Positions 11,588-21,708 of a DNA stretch of 32,000 bases are shown in pieces. A program made the translations under genes and the position numbers. The DNA is taken from the NCBI RefSeq assembly GCF_001457615.1, contig NZ_LN831024.1, forward strand, positions 3,360,001-3,392,000, in the 5' to 3' direction. The DNA comes from Pseudomonas aeruginosa (GTDB lineage: Bacteria > Pseudomonadota > Gammaproteobacteria > Pseudomonadales > Pseudomonadaceae). The notes under the pieces are model-generated. The model worked only from the letters and a program-made list of their open reading frames with translations. It ran no database searches and was not told where the DNA came from. The stretch's first letter is position 1, and each line of letters begins with the position of its first letter.

Positions 11588-12268
11588 ATGCGCACGCTCA
11601 TCCTTTCCCTGCTGCTGCTCGTCGACCTCACCGCCCAGGCGGCGACCCTCGGCTTTCCCGCCCTGCCCGGCGGCGGCCTGGTCTACAAGCAGGTGCAGAG
11701 CATCCGCGAGCGGCGCTTCGCCGACCTGGTCGAGCAGAAGACCGATTTCAGCTGCGGCGCCGCGGCCCTCGCGACCATCCTGGAGAAGGCCTACGGCGCC
11801 CCGCTCGACGAGCAGGCGGTGATCCAGGGCATGCTCGCCCACGCCGACCCGGAGATCGTCCGCACCCAGGGCTTCTCCATGCTCGACATGAAGCGCTACG
11901 TCGAATCCATGGGCATGCGCGCGCGCGGCTACCGGATCGAGGCGGCGCAACTGGAACAACTGAAGATCCCCGCCATCGTGCTGATGGAAATCCGCGGCTA
12001 CAAGCACTTCGTCGTCCTGCAACGCACCCAGGGCGAGTACGTGTACGTGGGTGACCCGGCGCTGGGGCACAAACGTTACGCGCTGACAGAGTTCGCCAAG
12101 GGCTGGAACGGCATCGTCTTCGCCGTGATCGGCCAGGGATACGACCGCGGCAATCCGCTGCTGACGCCGCCCGAGCCGCTGACCGCGCGCAATCGCCTGG
12201 ACCGCTTCAAACCGGTCAGGGACGCCGAACTGATGGAATTCGGCTTCATCCAGAGCGATTTCTTCTGA
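11588..12268 (+). CDS. fapD: C39-like cysteine peptidase FapD
   Basis: 226 aa with signal peptide; QKTDFSCGAAALATIL (Cys motif) and GYKHFVVLQRTQGEYVYVGDPALG (His/Asp motif). Confidence 0.94.
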   Translation: MRTLILSLLLLVDLTAQAATLGFPALPGGGLVYKQVQSIRERRFADLVEQKTDFSCGAAALATILEKAYGAPLDEQAVIQGMLAHADPEIVRTQGFSMLDMKRYVESMGMRARGYRIEAAQLEQLKIPAIVLMEIRGYKHFVVLQRTQGEYVYVGDPALGHKRYALTEFAKGWNGIVFAVIGQGYDRGNPLLTPPEPLTARNRLDRFKPVRDAELMEFGFIQSDFF

Positions 12269-12299
12269 TCGCAGGAGCCGGATGCTCCGGGAGCACGCC

Positions 12300-13034
12300 A
12301 TGTACACGCACCACTGCTTCGTCCTCGCCTGCTGCCTCGGCGCTGCGCTGCCCGCCCCCGCCAGCGACCTGTTCGCCCCCGCCGAACTGAGCGACCAGGA
12401 GCTTTCCCATCTGCGCGGGCGCTATGTGCTGCCGGGGCGGATCGTCAGCTTCGGAGTGACCATGAGCAGCACCTGGCAGAACGCCAGCGGCCAGGTCCTC
12501 GGCGCGCGCGTCGACCTGCAGGTGCGGCAGAACCTGGCGCGCCCGGTCCTCAACGTCACCCTGGTCGATCGGCCAGGCGACGCCCCACCACCCGCCGCCG
12601 GCAACGGCCAGGTCCTCGGCGGCGCCGGACTGGCACAGACCCAAGGGGTCAGCCAGAGCATCCGCACCGCCGGCGACCACAACAGCGCCAGCAATGGCGT
12701 CAGCATCGAGGTCCGCCACGGCGACGCGCCGCCGCCACTGCCGGGCGGCACGCCGCTGGAAGGTGCGCTCGCCCTCAGCGGCGAGGCCGGCACGGTGAAG
12801 GTCACGCCGAACGGCGGCGCCCTGCAACTGGCGATCCAGGCCAGCGGCCAGGGCGCCAGCCTGCAAAGCCTCGGCGCCGGCGGCCTGGTGCAGAGCGTGG
12901 CGCTCAGCGGAAACCGCAACCTGGTGCAGAACCTGGCGGCGCTCGAGGTGATGCTCAAGGACCGGCCGGGCGCCGATCCGGCACTGAATTGCGCCTGGGA
13001 GCAATTGCGCGCGCTGCGCCCCAGCGGCTACTGA
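12300..13034 (+). CDS. fapE: functional amyloid component FapE
   Basis: Secreted protein between fapD and fapF; amyloid-repeat-like segments (QGVSQSIRTAGDHNSASNGV, ALSGNRNLVQN). Confidence 0.92.
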   Translation: MYTHHCFVLACCLGAALPAPASDLFAPAELSDQELSHLRGRYVLPGRIVSFGVTMSSTWQNASGQVLGARVDLQVRQNLARPVLNVTLVDRPGDAPPPAAGNGQVLGGAGLAQTQGVSQSIRTAGDHNSASNGVSIEVRHGDAPPPLPGGTPLEGALALSGEAGTVKVTPNGGALQLAIQASGQGASLQSLGAGGLVQSVALSGNRNLVQNLAALEVMLKDRPGADPALNCAWEQLRALRPSGY

Positions 13035-13094
13035 AAGTTGATCTAGTCTGAAATCACTGTGCTATCGGAAGGCCATAAAAACGGAACGGCAAAC

Positions 13095-14360
13095 ATGACC
13101 CAGACACTCTCGCTGCGAGCTGTCCTCTGCGCCACCACCCTGGTTTCCCCGTTCCTGGCGCAGGCCGCGACGGAGTCCGAGGTCGAGGCGCTGAAGAAGG
13201 AACTCCTGGAGCTGCGCCAACGCTACGAGGCCCAGCAGAACGCCCTGATGGTCCTCGAACAGCGCGTACGCCAGGTCGAGGCGCAACCCCAGGCGCCGCA
13301 GCCGCAACGCCTGGTCAAGTCGATCCAGCCGCCGGCGCAGGCGCGCAACGACGCCAACGCGGTCGCCGGCACCTACGGCGCCAGCCTCAAGGACGATGGC
13401 GCGCCCGCGCCCAGCGTGGAAAACATCTACCAGGACGCCAGCGGCTTCTTCGGCGGCGGCACCTTCAGCCTGGAGACCGGCCTCACCTACAGCCACTACG
13501 ACACCCGCCAGTTGTTCCTCAACGGCTTCCTGGCGCTGGACTCGATCTTCCTCGGCAACATCGGCGTGGACCAGATCGATGCCGACATCTGGACCCTCGA
13601 CCTGACCGGCCGCTACAACTGGAACCAGCGCTGGCAGGTGGATATCAACGCCCCGGTGGTCTATCGCGAATCGACCTACCAGTCCGCCGGCGCCGGCGGC
13701 TCGACCTCGCAGATCACCGAGAAATCGGTGACCGGCGACCCACGCCTGGGCGACGTCAGCTTCGGCGTCGCCTACAAGTTCCTCGACGAAAGCGAGAGCA
13801 CCCCGGACGCGGTGGTCAGCCTGCGGGTCAAGGCGCCCACCGGCAAGGATCCTTACGGCATCAAGCTGAAGCAGGTACCGGGCAACAACAACCTCAACGT
13901 GCCCGACGACCTGCCCACCGGCAACGGCGTCTGGTCGATCACCCCGGGCATCTCGCTGGTGAAGACGGTGGACCCGGCGGTGCTGTTCGGCAGCCTGTCG
14001 TATACCTACAACTTCGAAGAGTCGTTCGACGACATCAACCCGCAGCAAGGCGTGAAGACCGGCGGCAAGGTCAAGCTCGGCAACTGGTTCCAACTCGGCG
14101 TCGGCGTGGCCTTCGCGCTGAACGAGAAGATGAGCCTGTCGTTCTCCTTCTCCGAACTGATCAGCCAGAAGAGCAAGGTCAAGCAGGACGGCCAAAGCTG
14201 GCAGACCGTCAGCGGCAGCGACGCCAACGCCGGCTACTTCGGCCTGGGCATGACCTATGCGGTGAGCAACAGGTTCAGCATCGTGCCCAGCCTGTCCATC
14301 GGCATCACTCCGGACGCGCCGGACTTCACCTTCGGCGTGAAATTCCCCTACTACTTCTGA
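13095..14360 (+). CDS. fapF: FapF outer-membrane secretion porin (N-terminal coiled coil + beta barrel)
   Basis: 421 aa; signal peptide, [40 protein letters not shown] coiled coil, C-terminal barrel ending in ...FPYYF. Confidence 0.94.
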   Translation: MTQTLSLRAVLCATTLVSPFLAQAATESEVEALKKELLELRQRYEAQQNALMVLEQRVRQVEAQPQAPQPQRLVKSIQPPAQARNDANAVAGTYGASLKDDGAPAPSVENIYQDASGFFGGGTFSLETGLTYSHYDTRQLFLNGFLALDSIFLGNIGVDQIDADIWTLDLTGRYNWNQRWQVDINAPVVYRESTYQSAGAGGSTSQITEKSVTGDPRLGDVSFGVAYKFLDESESTPDAVVSLRVKAPTGKDPYGIKLKQVPGNNNLNVPDDLPTGNGVWSITPGISLVKTVDPAVLFGSLSYTYNFEESFDDINPQQGVKTGGKVKLGNWFQLGVGVAFALNEKMSLSFSFSELISQKSKVKQDGQSWQTVSGSDANAGYFGLGMTYAVSNRFSIVPSLSIGITPDAPDFTFGVKFPYYF

Positions 14361-14442
14361 GGGGCCACCGTTCGAGCCTGGGCATGCCTTACCCCTCGAA
14401 GGGATGCGTGAGCCTGGGAGCGGTCCTCGCCTAGCTGCGCAG

Positions 14443-14471
14443 GGCGGATAACGCCGCAGGCGTTATCCGCC
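14443..14471. terminator. perfect 13-bp stem-loop between convergent fapF and rbsK
   Basis: GGCGGATAACGCC-GCA-GGCGTTATCCGCC perfect inverted repeat with 3-nt loop in the convergent intergenic gap; no T tract, so it may instead be a dispersed repeat. Confidence 0.5.
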
Positions 14472-14493
14472 GGTAGCAACGGCACCGTCCCTC

Positions 14494-15420
14494 TCAAGCC
14501 TCGCCAGCGAGCGCCCGCTCGACTTCCTCGCGCGAGGGGATCGAGGTCTGCGCGCCGAGGCGGGTCACCGAGATCGCCGCGGCGGCCTGGCCGAAGCGGA
14601 TCGCCGCCGCCTCGTCGAGGCCGCGCGCAAGGGCCGCGGCGAAGCCACCGACGAAGGTGTCGCCGGCCGCCGTGGTATCCAGCGCCTTGACCCGCGCCAC
14701 CGGGAAATGCTCGTCCCGCCCCTCGCCCACCAGTAGGGCGCCCTGGGCGCCGAGGGTGACGATCACCCTGCCGGCGCCCATTTCGCGCAGGCGCTCAGCG
14801 GCACGCCCGGCGCTCTCCAGGGAGTCCACCGGCAGACGGCAGAGCAGTTCGCTTTCGGTCTCGTTGGGGACCAGGTAGTCCACCAGCGGCAGCCAGTCCG
14901 CCGGCACGTCGCGGGTGGCCGGCGCCGGGTTGAGGATCACCGTCTTGCCCAGTGCATGGGCCCGGCGCAGCACATGGCCAACCGTCTCCAGCGGGCTTTC
15001 CAGCTGGCAGACCACCACCTGCGCCTGCTCCAGCAAGTGTTCGTGGCGCGCCAGCACGGCCGGCGACAGGTGGCCGTTGCCGCCGGCGACGATGACGATG
15101 GCGTTCTGGCTGCTGTCGTCGACCACGATCAGCGCCACCCCGCTGGACTCCCCGGCCACCCGCTCGACGCCCTGGCAGTCGATGCCCTCGGCCTGTAGCG
15201 CACGGTACAACTGGTCGCCGTAGGCATCGTCGCCAAGGCAGCCGATCATCGCCACCTCCGCGCCGAGACGCGCCGCGGCGACCGCCTGGTTGGCTCCCTT
15301 GCCGCCGGGAACGGTGATGAAGGACTGCCCGGCGAGGGTCTCGCCGCCCCGTGGCAGGCGCGGCGCGCGCACCACCAGGTCCATGTTCAGGCTGCCCACC
15401 ACCAGTACTTTCGCTTGCAT
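14494..15420 (-). CDS. rbsK: ribokinase
   Basis: 308 aa PfkB family: GGKGANQAVAAARLGAEVAMIGCLGDDAYG and DTTAAGDTFVGGFAAAL. Confidence 0.95.
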   Translation of the reverse strand: MQAKVLVVGSLNMDLVVRAPRLPRGGETLAGQSFITVPGGKGANQAVAAARLGAEVAMIGCLGDDAYGDQLYRALQAEGIDCQGVERVAGESSGVALIVVDDSSQNAIVIVAGGNGHLSPAVLARHEHLLEQAQVVVCQLESPLETVGHVLRRAHALGKTVILNPAPATRDVPADWLPLVDYLVPNETESELLCRLPVDSLESAGRAAERLREMGAGRVIVTLGAQGALLVGEGRDEHFPVARVKALDTTAAGDTFVGGFAAALARGLDEAAAIRFGQAAAAISVTRLGAQTSIPSREEVERALAGEA

Positions 15421-15473
15421 CGTTGCGTCCTTGTTCCAGCCTCTCTCTAGCGAGGGCGCCCCCGGCGCCCGGT

Positions 15474-16487
15474 TCAGACCCGCACCAGCGGCGGCGCGGT
15501 GGATTCGCGCAGGACCAGCGCCGGCGCCACCACCCGCCGCTGCATCGGCTCCTCGCGCTCGGCGATGCGTTGCAGCAGCAATTGCGCAGCGATCTCGCCA
15601 AGCAGGCGGATCGACTGGCCCACGGTGGTCAAGGCGGGAAACACGAAGCGGCTCAGCTCGATATCGTCGAAGCCGATCACCGACAGTTCGTGCGGCACCC
15701 TGATATTCAGCTCGGCCGCGGCGCGCAGCACGCCGATGCCGATCATGTCGTTGCCGGCGACGATCGCCGTCGGTCGCTCGCCCTCGCCGCCCAGCAGGCC
15801 GAGCGCCGCGTGGTAGCCGCCGGGGCTGCTGAACTCGCTTTCCAGCAGCCACTGCGGGCGCACCTCCAGGCCGGCCTTGGCCATCGCCCGCCGGTAGCCC
15901 TCGACCCGCAGCGTCGAAACCTTGGTCGACAGCGGCCCGCCGATGCAGGCGATGTCGCGATGGCCCAGTTCGAGCAGGTGGCGGGTCGCCAGGTAGGCGC
16001 CCATCTCATGGTCGATCTGCACCCGGTCAGCTTCCACGCCTTCCACCTCGCGGTCGACGATCACGGTCGGCGTGCGCATGTTCGCCAGTCCCTTGGCCAG
16101 CGCGCCGTCGCCGCCGGCGGACGCCAGGACCAGGCCGTCGATACGTTTCTCCTGGAGCACGCGCAGGTAGTTGGCCTGCTTCTGCGGGTTGTCGTCGGAG
16201 TTGCAGAGGATCACGCAGTAACCGTTGCGCTCGCAGCAATCCTCGATGCCGCGCGACAGCTCGGCGAAATACGGGTTGGTACTGTTCGGCACCAGCAGGC
16301 CGATGATCGAGGTGGTGCGCACCTTCAGCGAGCGCGCCACCGCGCTGGGCACGTAGTGCAGCTGCGCGATGGCGTCCTCGACCTTCTTGCGCACCGCGTC
16401 GCTGACCGGCCGCGTCCTGTTCACCACATGCGATACGGTGGTGAAGGAAACCCCCGCCATCGCCGCCACGTCCTTCATTGTCGCCAT
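15474..16487 (-). CDS. rbsR: LacI-family repressor of the ribose operon
   Basis: 337 aa MATMKDVAAMAGVSFTTVSHVVNRTRPVSDAVRKKV; position inside the rbs cluster. Confidence 0.94.
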   Translation of the reverse strand: MATMKDVAAMAGVSFTTVSHVVNRTRPVSDAVRKKVEDAIAQLHYVPSAVARSLKVRTTSIIGLLVPNSTNPYFAELSRGIEDCCERNGYCVILCNSDDNPQKQANYLRVLQEKRIDGLVLASAGGDGALAKGLANMRTPTVIVDREVEGVEADRVQIDHEMGAYLATRHLLELGHRDIACIGGPLSTKVSTLRVEGYRRAMAKAGLEVRPQWLLESEFSSPGGYHAALGLLGGEGERPTAIVAGNDMIGIGVLRAAAELNIRVPHELSVIGFDDIELSRFVFPALTTVGQSIRLLGEIAAQLLLQRIAEREEPMQRRVVAPALVLRESTAPPLVRV

Positions 16488-16490
16488 CGT

Positions 16491-17489
16491 TCAGCCCTGT
16501 CTGCGGGCGCGATGGCTGCGGTAGGTATCCAGCACCACCGCTACCACGATCACCGCCCCGGTAATGATTCGTTTGGTCGGCTCCGACGCACCGATCTGCG
16601 CCAGCCCCGCCGCCAATACGGAAATGATCAGCACGCCGAAGAAGGTGCTGACCACCGAACCTCGCCCGCCCATCAGGCTGGTGCCGCCGATCACCACCGC
16701 GGCGATGACCTGGAGTTCCAGGCCGACCCCGGCGTTGGGATCGGCCGCTTCCAGACGCGAGATCTGGAACAGCGCGGCCAACCCGGCGAGCAGCCCCATC
16801 AGGGCGAATACTGCAATCTTATAGGGTTTCGGGTTCACACCGGCCAATCGCACCGCTTCTTCGTTGGTACCGATGCCGATCAGGTAGCGGCCGAACACCG
16901 TGCGGGTGAGCACCGCCTGGGCGGCGAACATCACCAGCAGGGCGATCACGAAGGCCGGCGAGATGCCGAACGCCAGCGGATTGGACAGCCAGGCATAGGC
17001 GTCGCCGATATAGGCCGTGCGCGAGTCGGTCATCTGGTAGGCCAGCCCACGGGCCATCTCCAGCACCCCGAGGGACACGATGAACGAGGGAATCCGCCAG
17101 GCCACCGTGATCGAACCGGTGACGCAGCCGGCCAGGGTCGCGCAGGCCATCCCGAGCATCGCCGCCGGCAGCACGCCCCAGCCCCAGCCGAGCGTCGCCA
17201 GGCTTACCGCCGAGGCCGCCAGGGCCAGCACCGAACCCACCGAGAGATCGATGCCGCCGACGATCAGGATGAAGGTCATGCCCACCGCCAGCACCACCAG
17301 GTCGGGGATCTGGTTGGCGATGGCGAGGAAGGTGCCATAGCTGAGGAAGTGGCTGCTCAGCGCCGAGAACAGCGCGATCATCGCCAGCAGCGCGCCGGCC
17401 AGGCCGAGGTAGGTGCCCAGGCCGAAATAGTTGCCGCGTCGCAGGGTTGGCGCTGCGGCGGCGGTAGCGGAAGACGTCGGGTCGCTCAT
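16491..17489 (-). CDS. rbsC: ribose ABC transporter permease
   Basis: Multi-TM protein with LAVGMTFILIVGGIDLSVGSVLAL and VVIGGTSLMGGRGSV motifs; alternative start at 17516. Confidence 0.93.
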   Translation of the reverse strand: MSDPTSSATAAAAPTLRRGNYFGLGTYLGLAGALLAMIALFSALSSHFLSYGTFLAIANQIPDLVVLAVGMTFILIVGGIDLSVGSVLALAASAVSLATLGWGWGVLPAAMLGMACATLAGCVTGSITVAWRIPSFIVSLGVLEMARGLAYQMTDSRTAYIGDAYAWLSNPLAFGISPAFVIALLVMFAAQAVLTRTVFGRYLIGIGTNEEAVRLAGVNPKPYKIAVFALMGLLAGLAALFQISRLEAADPNAGVGLELQVIAAVVIGGTSLMGGRGSVVSTFFGVLIISVLAAGLAQIGASEPTKRIITGAVIVVAVVLDTYRSHRARRQG

Positions 17490-17512
17490 TTCTGGTTCCT
17501 TGCGTTGCGTGT

Positions 17513-19045
17513 TCACGACGTCGCCAGCAGCGCGTCGCGTTTCTTGTAACCGGCGAAGGCCGCCGCCAGCAGCGCGTCCTGGGTCCAGGCGTCGCGCTCG
17601 AAGGTGTTCACCATACGTCCCGCCGAGAGCACGCCGATGCGATCGCAGATCAGCATCAGCTCGCGCAGGTCGCTGGACACCACCACCAGCGCCTTGCCCC
17701 GGCGGGTCAGTTCGGCGAGCAAGGCATAGATGTCGAACTTGGCGCCGACGTCGATGCCACGGGTCGGCTCGTCGAACAGCAGCACCTGGCAGTCGCGCTC
17801 CAGCCAGCGGCCGATCACCACCTTCTGCTGGTTGCCGCCGGACAGTTCGCCCACCGCCTGCGCGGTGTCCGCGCAGCGCACCCGCAGCGCCTCCACCTGA
17901 CGCCGCGCCAGGGCTTCCTCGCGGCGCCGGTCGATCACCCCGTGGCGCGCCAGCGCCGGCAGGTTGCCCAGGGCCAGGTTGGCGCTGATCGACTGGTCCA
18001 GCAGCAGGCCCTCGCCCTTGCGGTCCTCGGTGATCAGCGCCACCCCCTGGCGCACCGAGTCGGCCGGCGAACGCAGGCTCAGGCGCTGCGGCGGATCGCC
18101 GAGCAGGACCTGCCCACCGTCGGCGCGGTCGGCGCCGTAGATCAGGCGCAACAATTCGGTGCGCCCGGAGCCGATCAGTCCGGAAATGCCGAAGATCTCC
18201 CCCGCGCGCACCTCGAACGACACCTCATGCACCTTGCCGCGCCGGCTCAACCGCTCCACCCGCAGCAACGGCGCGCCGATCTGCCGTGTACCCAGGTCGA
18301 AGCGCTCGCCCAGCTCGCGGCCGACCATCAGGGTCACCAGTTGGTCGGCGTCGTAGCGCTCGATCGGCTCGACGCAGACCAGGTGGCCATCGCGCAACAC
18401 CGAGATGCGCTGCGAAATCCGCGCCAGTTCCTCCAGTCGATGGGAGATGTAGACGATCGCCACGCCGCGTTCGCGCAGCCGCTCGACCTGCTCGAAGAGC
18501 ATGTCCACTTCGCGCGCGGTAAGCATCGCCGTGGGTTCGTCGAGGATCAGCAAACGGCAGTCGCCGATCAGGTTGCGGGCGATCTCGACCATCTGCTGGT
18601 GGCCGATGCCGAGGTCGCCGACCAGCGTGTCGGGATCGATCGCCTCCAGGCCGACCTGGGCCATCGCCTCGCGGGCCGCCGCGCGCAGGCGCCGACGGTC
18701 GATCCAGCCGGCGCGCCGGGGCAGGTCGTGGAGGAACAGGTTCTCCGCCACCGACAGGGTCGGCAGCAGGTTCAGTTCCTGCATCACCATGCGCACGCCC
18801 AGCGCCTCGGCCTCGCGGCGGCTAGCGGGGGCGTAGGGCCGGCCGAGGAGCTCCAGGCTGCCGGCGCCGGGACGTTCCAGGCCGCCGACGATCTTCGACA
18901 AGGTGCTCTTGCCGGCACCGTTCTCGCCGGTCAGGGCCAGCACCTCGCCGCCGAACAATTGCAGGTCGATCTCCGCCAGCACCGGCTGCGCGTAGGTCTT
19001 GCCGACCCCGCGGATGCTCAGCAGCGGCAATGCGTCGCTAGACAT
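17513..19045 (-). CDS. rbsA: ribose ABC transporter, duplicated ATP-binding protein
   Basis: 510 aa with GENGAGKSTLSKI, LILDEPTA and LLFDEPTRGIDVGAK; sugar ABC ATPase architecture. Confidence 0.95.
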   Translation of the reverse strand: MSSDALPLLSIRGVGKTYAQPVLAEIDLQLFGGEVLALTGENGAGKSTLSKIVGGLERPGAGSLELLGRPYAPASRREAEALGVRMVMQELNLLPTLSVAENLFLHDLPRRAGWIDRRRLRAAAREAMAQVGLEAIDPDTLVGDLGIGHQQMVEIARNLIGDCRLLILDEPTAMLTAREVDMLFEQVERLRERGVAIVYISHRLEELARISQRISVLRDGHLVCVEPIERYDADQLVTLMVGRELGERFDLGTRQIGAPLLRVERLSRRGKVHEVSFEVRAGEIFGISGLIGSGRTELLRLIYGADRADGGQVLLGDPPQRLSLRSPADSVRQGVALITEDRKGEGLLLDQSISANLALGNLPALARHGVIDRRREEALARRQVEALRVRCADTAQAVGELSGGNQQKVVIGRWLERDCQVLLFDEPTRGIDVGAKFDIYALLAELTRRGKALVVVSSDLRELMLICDRIGVLSAGRMVNTFERDAWTQDALLAAAFAGYKKRDALLATS

Positions 19046-19066
19046 GGGAAGGCTCCATCGGACGGC

Positions 19067-20026
19067 TCAGGGCGCGGTCACCAACTCGACAGGCGTCTCG
19101 ACCACGCCGTCCTTCTCATGTTCCGGGGTTTGCCCGGCGAGCAGCTTGAGCGCGGTCTGGATACCGAACACCGCCTGCTTCGCGGCGAACTGGTCGGCAG
19201 TGGCCAGTACCCGGCCATCCTTGAGCATCGGCTTGATCGCCTGGATATTGTCGTAGCCGACCACCTTCACCTGCCCGGCGCGGCCCGCCGCGCGCACCGC
19301 CGATACCGCGCCGAGGGCCATGCTGTCGTTGCCGGCGAGCAGCGCCTTGAGGTCCGGATGCTCGTTGAGCATCGCCGAAGCCACCGCGTTGCCCTTCTCG
19401 ATTTCCCAGTTGCCCGACTGCAAGGAGACGATCTTCATCCCCGCCGCGTCCATCGCATCCCTGAAGCCGGCGGTGCGCTGCTGGGCATTGGTGGTCGTGG
19501 AGACCCCTTCGATGATGCCGACCTCGTCGCCGGCCTTCAGTCGCTTCGCCAGGTACTCGCCGACCAGCCGCGCGCCCTTGCGGTTGTCGGGCCCGACGAA
19601 GGGCACGCCGATCTTCTTCGCCTGCAGCACCTGCGGGTCGAAGCGGTTGTCGATGTTGACCACCACGATGCCGGCGTCCAGCGCTTTCTTCACCACCGGC
19701 ACCAGCGCCTTGGAATCGGCCGGCGCGATCACCAGTGCGTCGACCCCGGAAACGATCATCTGCTCGACGATGCGGATCTGGCTGGAGGTATCGGTCTCGT
19801 CCTTGATGCCGTTGGAAACCAGTTCGAACCGGTCGGCATGCTCCTTCTGGTAGGCCTTGGCGCCGTCCTCCATGGTCAGGAAGAACTCGTTCGCCAGCGA
19901 CTTCATCACCAGCGCGATCCTGGGCTTCTCGGGAGTTTCCGCGTGGACGGCGGACAGGGGCAGGAACGAGGAACAGGCAGTCAGCACAACGGCAGCCAAC
20001 AGGCGCCGGGAAGCGACCCGCTTCAT
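19067..20026 (-). CDS. rbsB: ribose-type periplasmic substrate-binding protein
   Basis: 319 aa with signal peptide; PRIALVMKSLANEFFLTMEDGAKAYQKEH; family SBP with VDALVIAPADSKALVP. Confidence 0.92.
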   Translation of the reverse strand: MKRVASRRLLAAVVLTACSSFLPLSAVHAETPEKPRIALVMKSLANEFFLTMEDGAKAYQKEHADRFELVSNGIKDETDTSSQIRIVEQMIVSGVDALVIAPADSKALVPVVKKALDAGIVVVNIDNRFDPQVLQAKKIGVPFVGPDNRKGARLVGEYLAKRLKAGDEVGIIEGVSTTTNAQQRTAGFRDAMDAAGMKIVSLQSGNWEIEKGNAVASAMLNEHPDLKALLAGNDSMALGAVSAVRAAGRAGQVKVVGYDNIQAIKPMLKDGRVLATADQFAAKQAVFGIQTALKLLAGQTPEHEKDGVVETPVELVTAP

Positions 20027-20085
20027 GGTGTATCCTCCAGCTTTTCTTATCGTTGTATTGAGGCTTTTCCAGGAGATTATCCAGA

Positions 20086-20099
20086 CGCAAACGTTTGCG
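20086..20099. promoter_or_regulatory. LacI-type operator, probable RbsR site upstream of rbsB
   Basis: CGCAAACGTTTGCG perfect 14-bp palindrome with central CG, 60 bp upstream of the rbsB start. Confidence 0.75.
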
Positions 20100-20244
20100 C
20101 TAGGTGAATATGCGTCTATCTGACAGATTCTGTCAATCGCCACGAGCAACTGTCGCGAACCGGTCGGGATCGGTTGGATTCTAGTTCGCTACGGCTGGGA
20201 AACGCAGGATATTTTGCCTGGCTGGCAGATCTCCCGCCGCCCAC

Positions 20245-21573
<1,329 letters not shown>

Positions 21574-21708
21574 GTGTGCTCCTTTGCGGCGCCAATTCTT
21601 TGAACCGTCATAAAAACGGCATGTTGGCGCTCTGAAAGGAAAATCTAGCAATTTTTTGACGCGCGAAAGTGAATCTTTGTTTATATCGCCAATGCCGAAA
21701 TCGTCTTA

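Noticed and set aside
10408-11631. 407-aa minus-strand ORF opposite fapC
   Set aside because: Antisense to the well-supported fapC; repetitive because it mirrors the FapC repeats.
15351-17549. 732-aa plus-strand ORF across rbsR/rbsC
   Set aside because: It is antisense to well-supported rbsR and rbsC. High-GC P. aeruginosa DNA routinely gives long shadow ORFs, and its product is Ala/Gly/Arg/His-rich with no family features.
17942-20107. 721-aa plus-strand ORF opposite rbsA/rbsB
   Set aside because: Antisense shadow ORF of two clearly recognised genes; composition typical of reverse-frame GC-rich translation.
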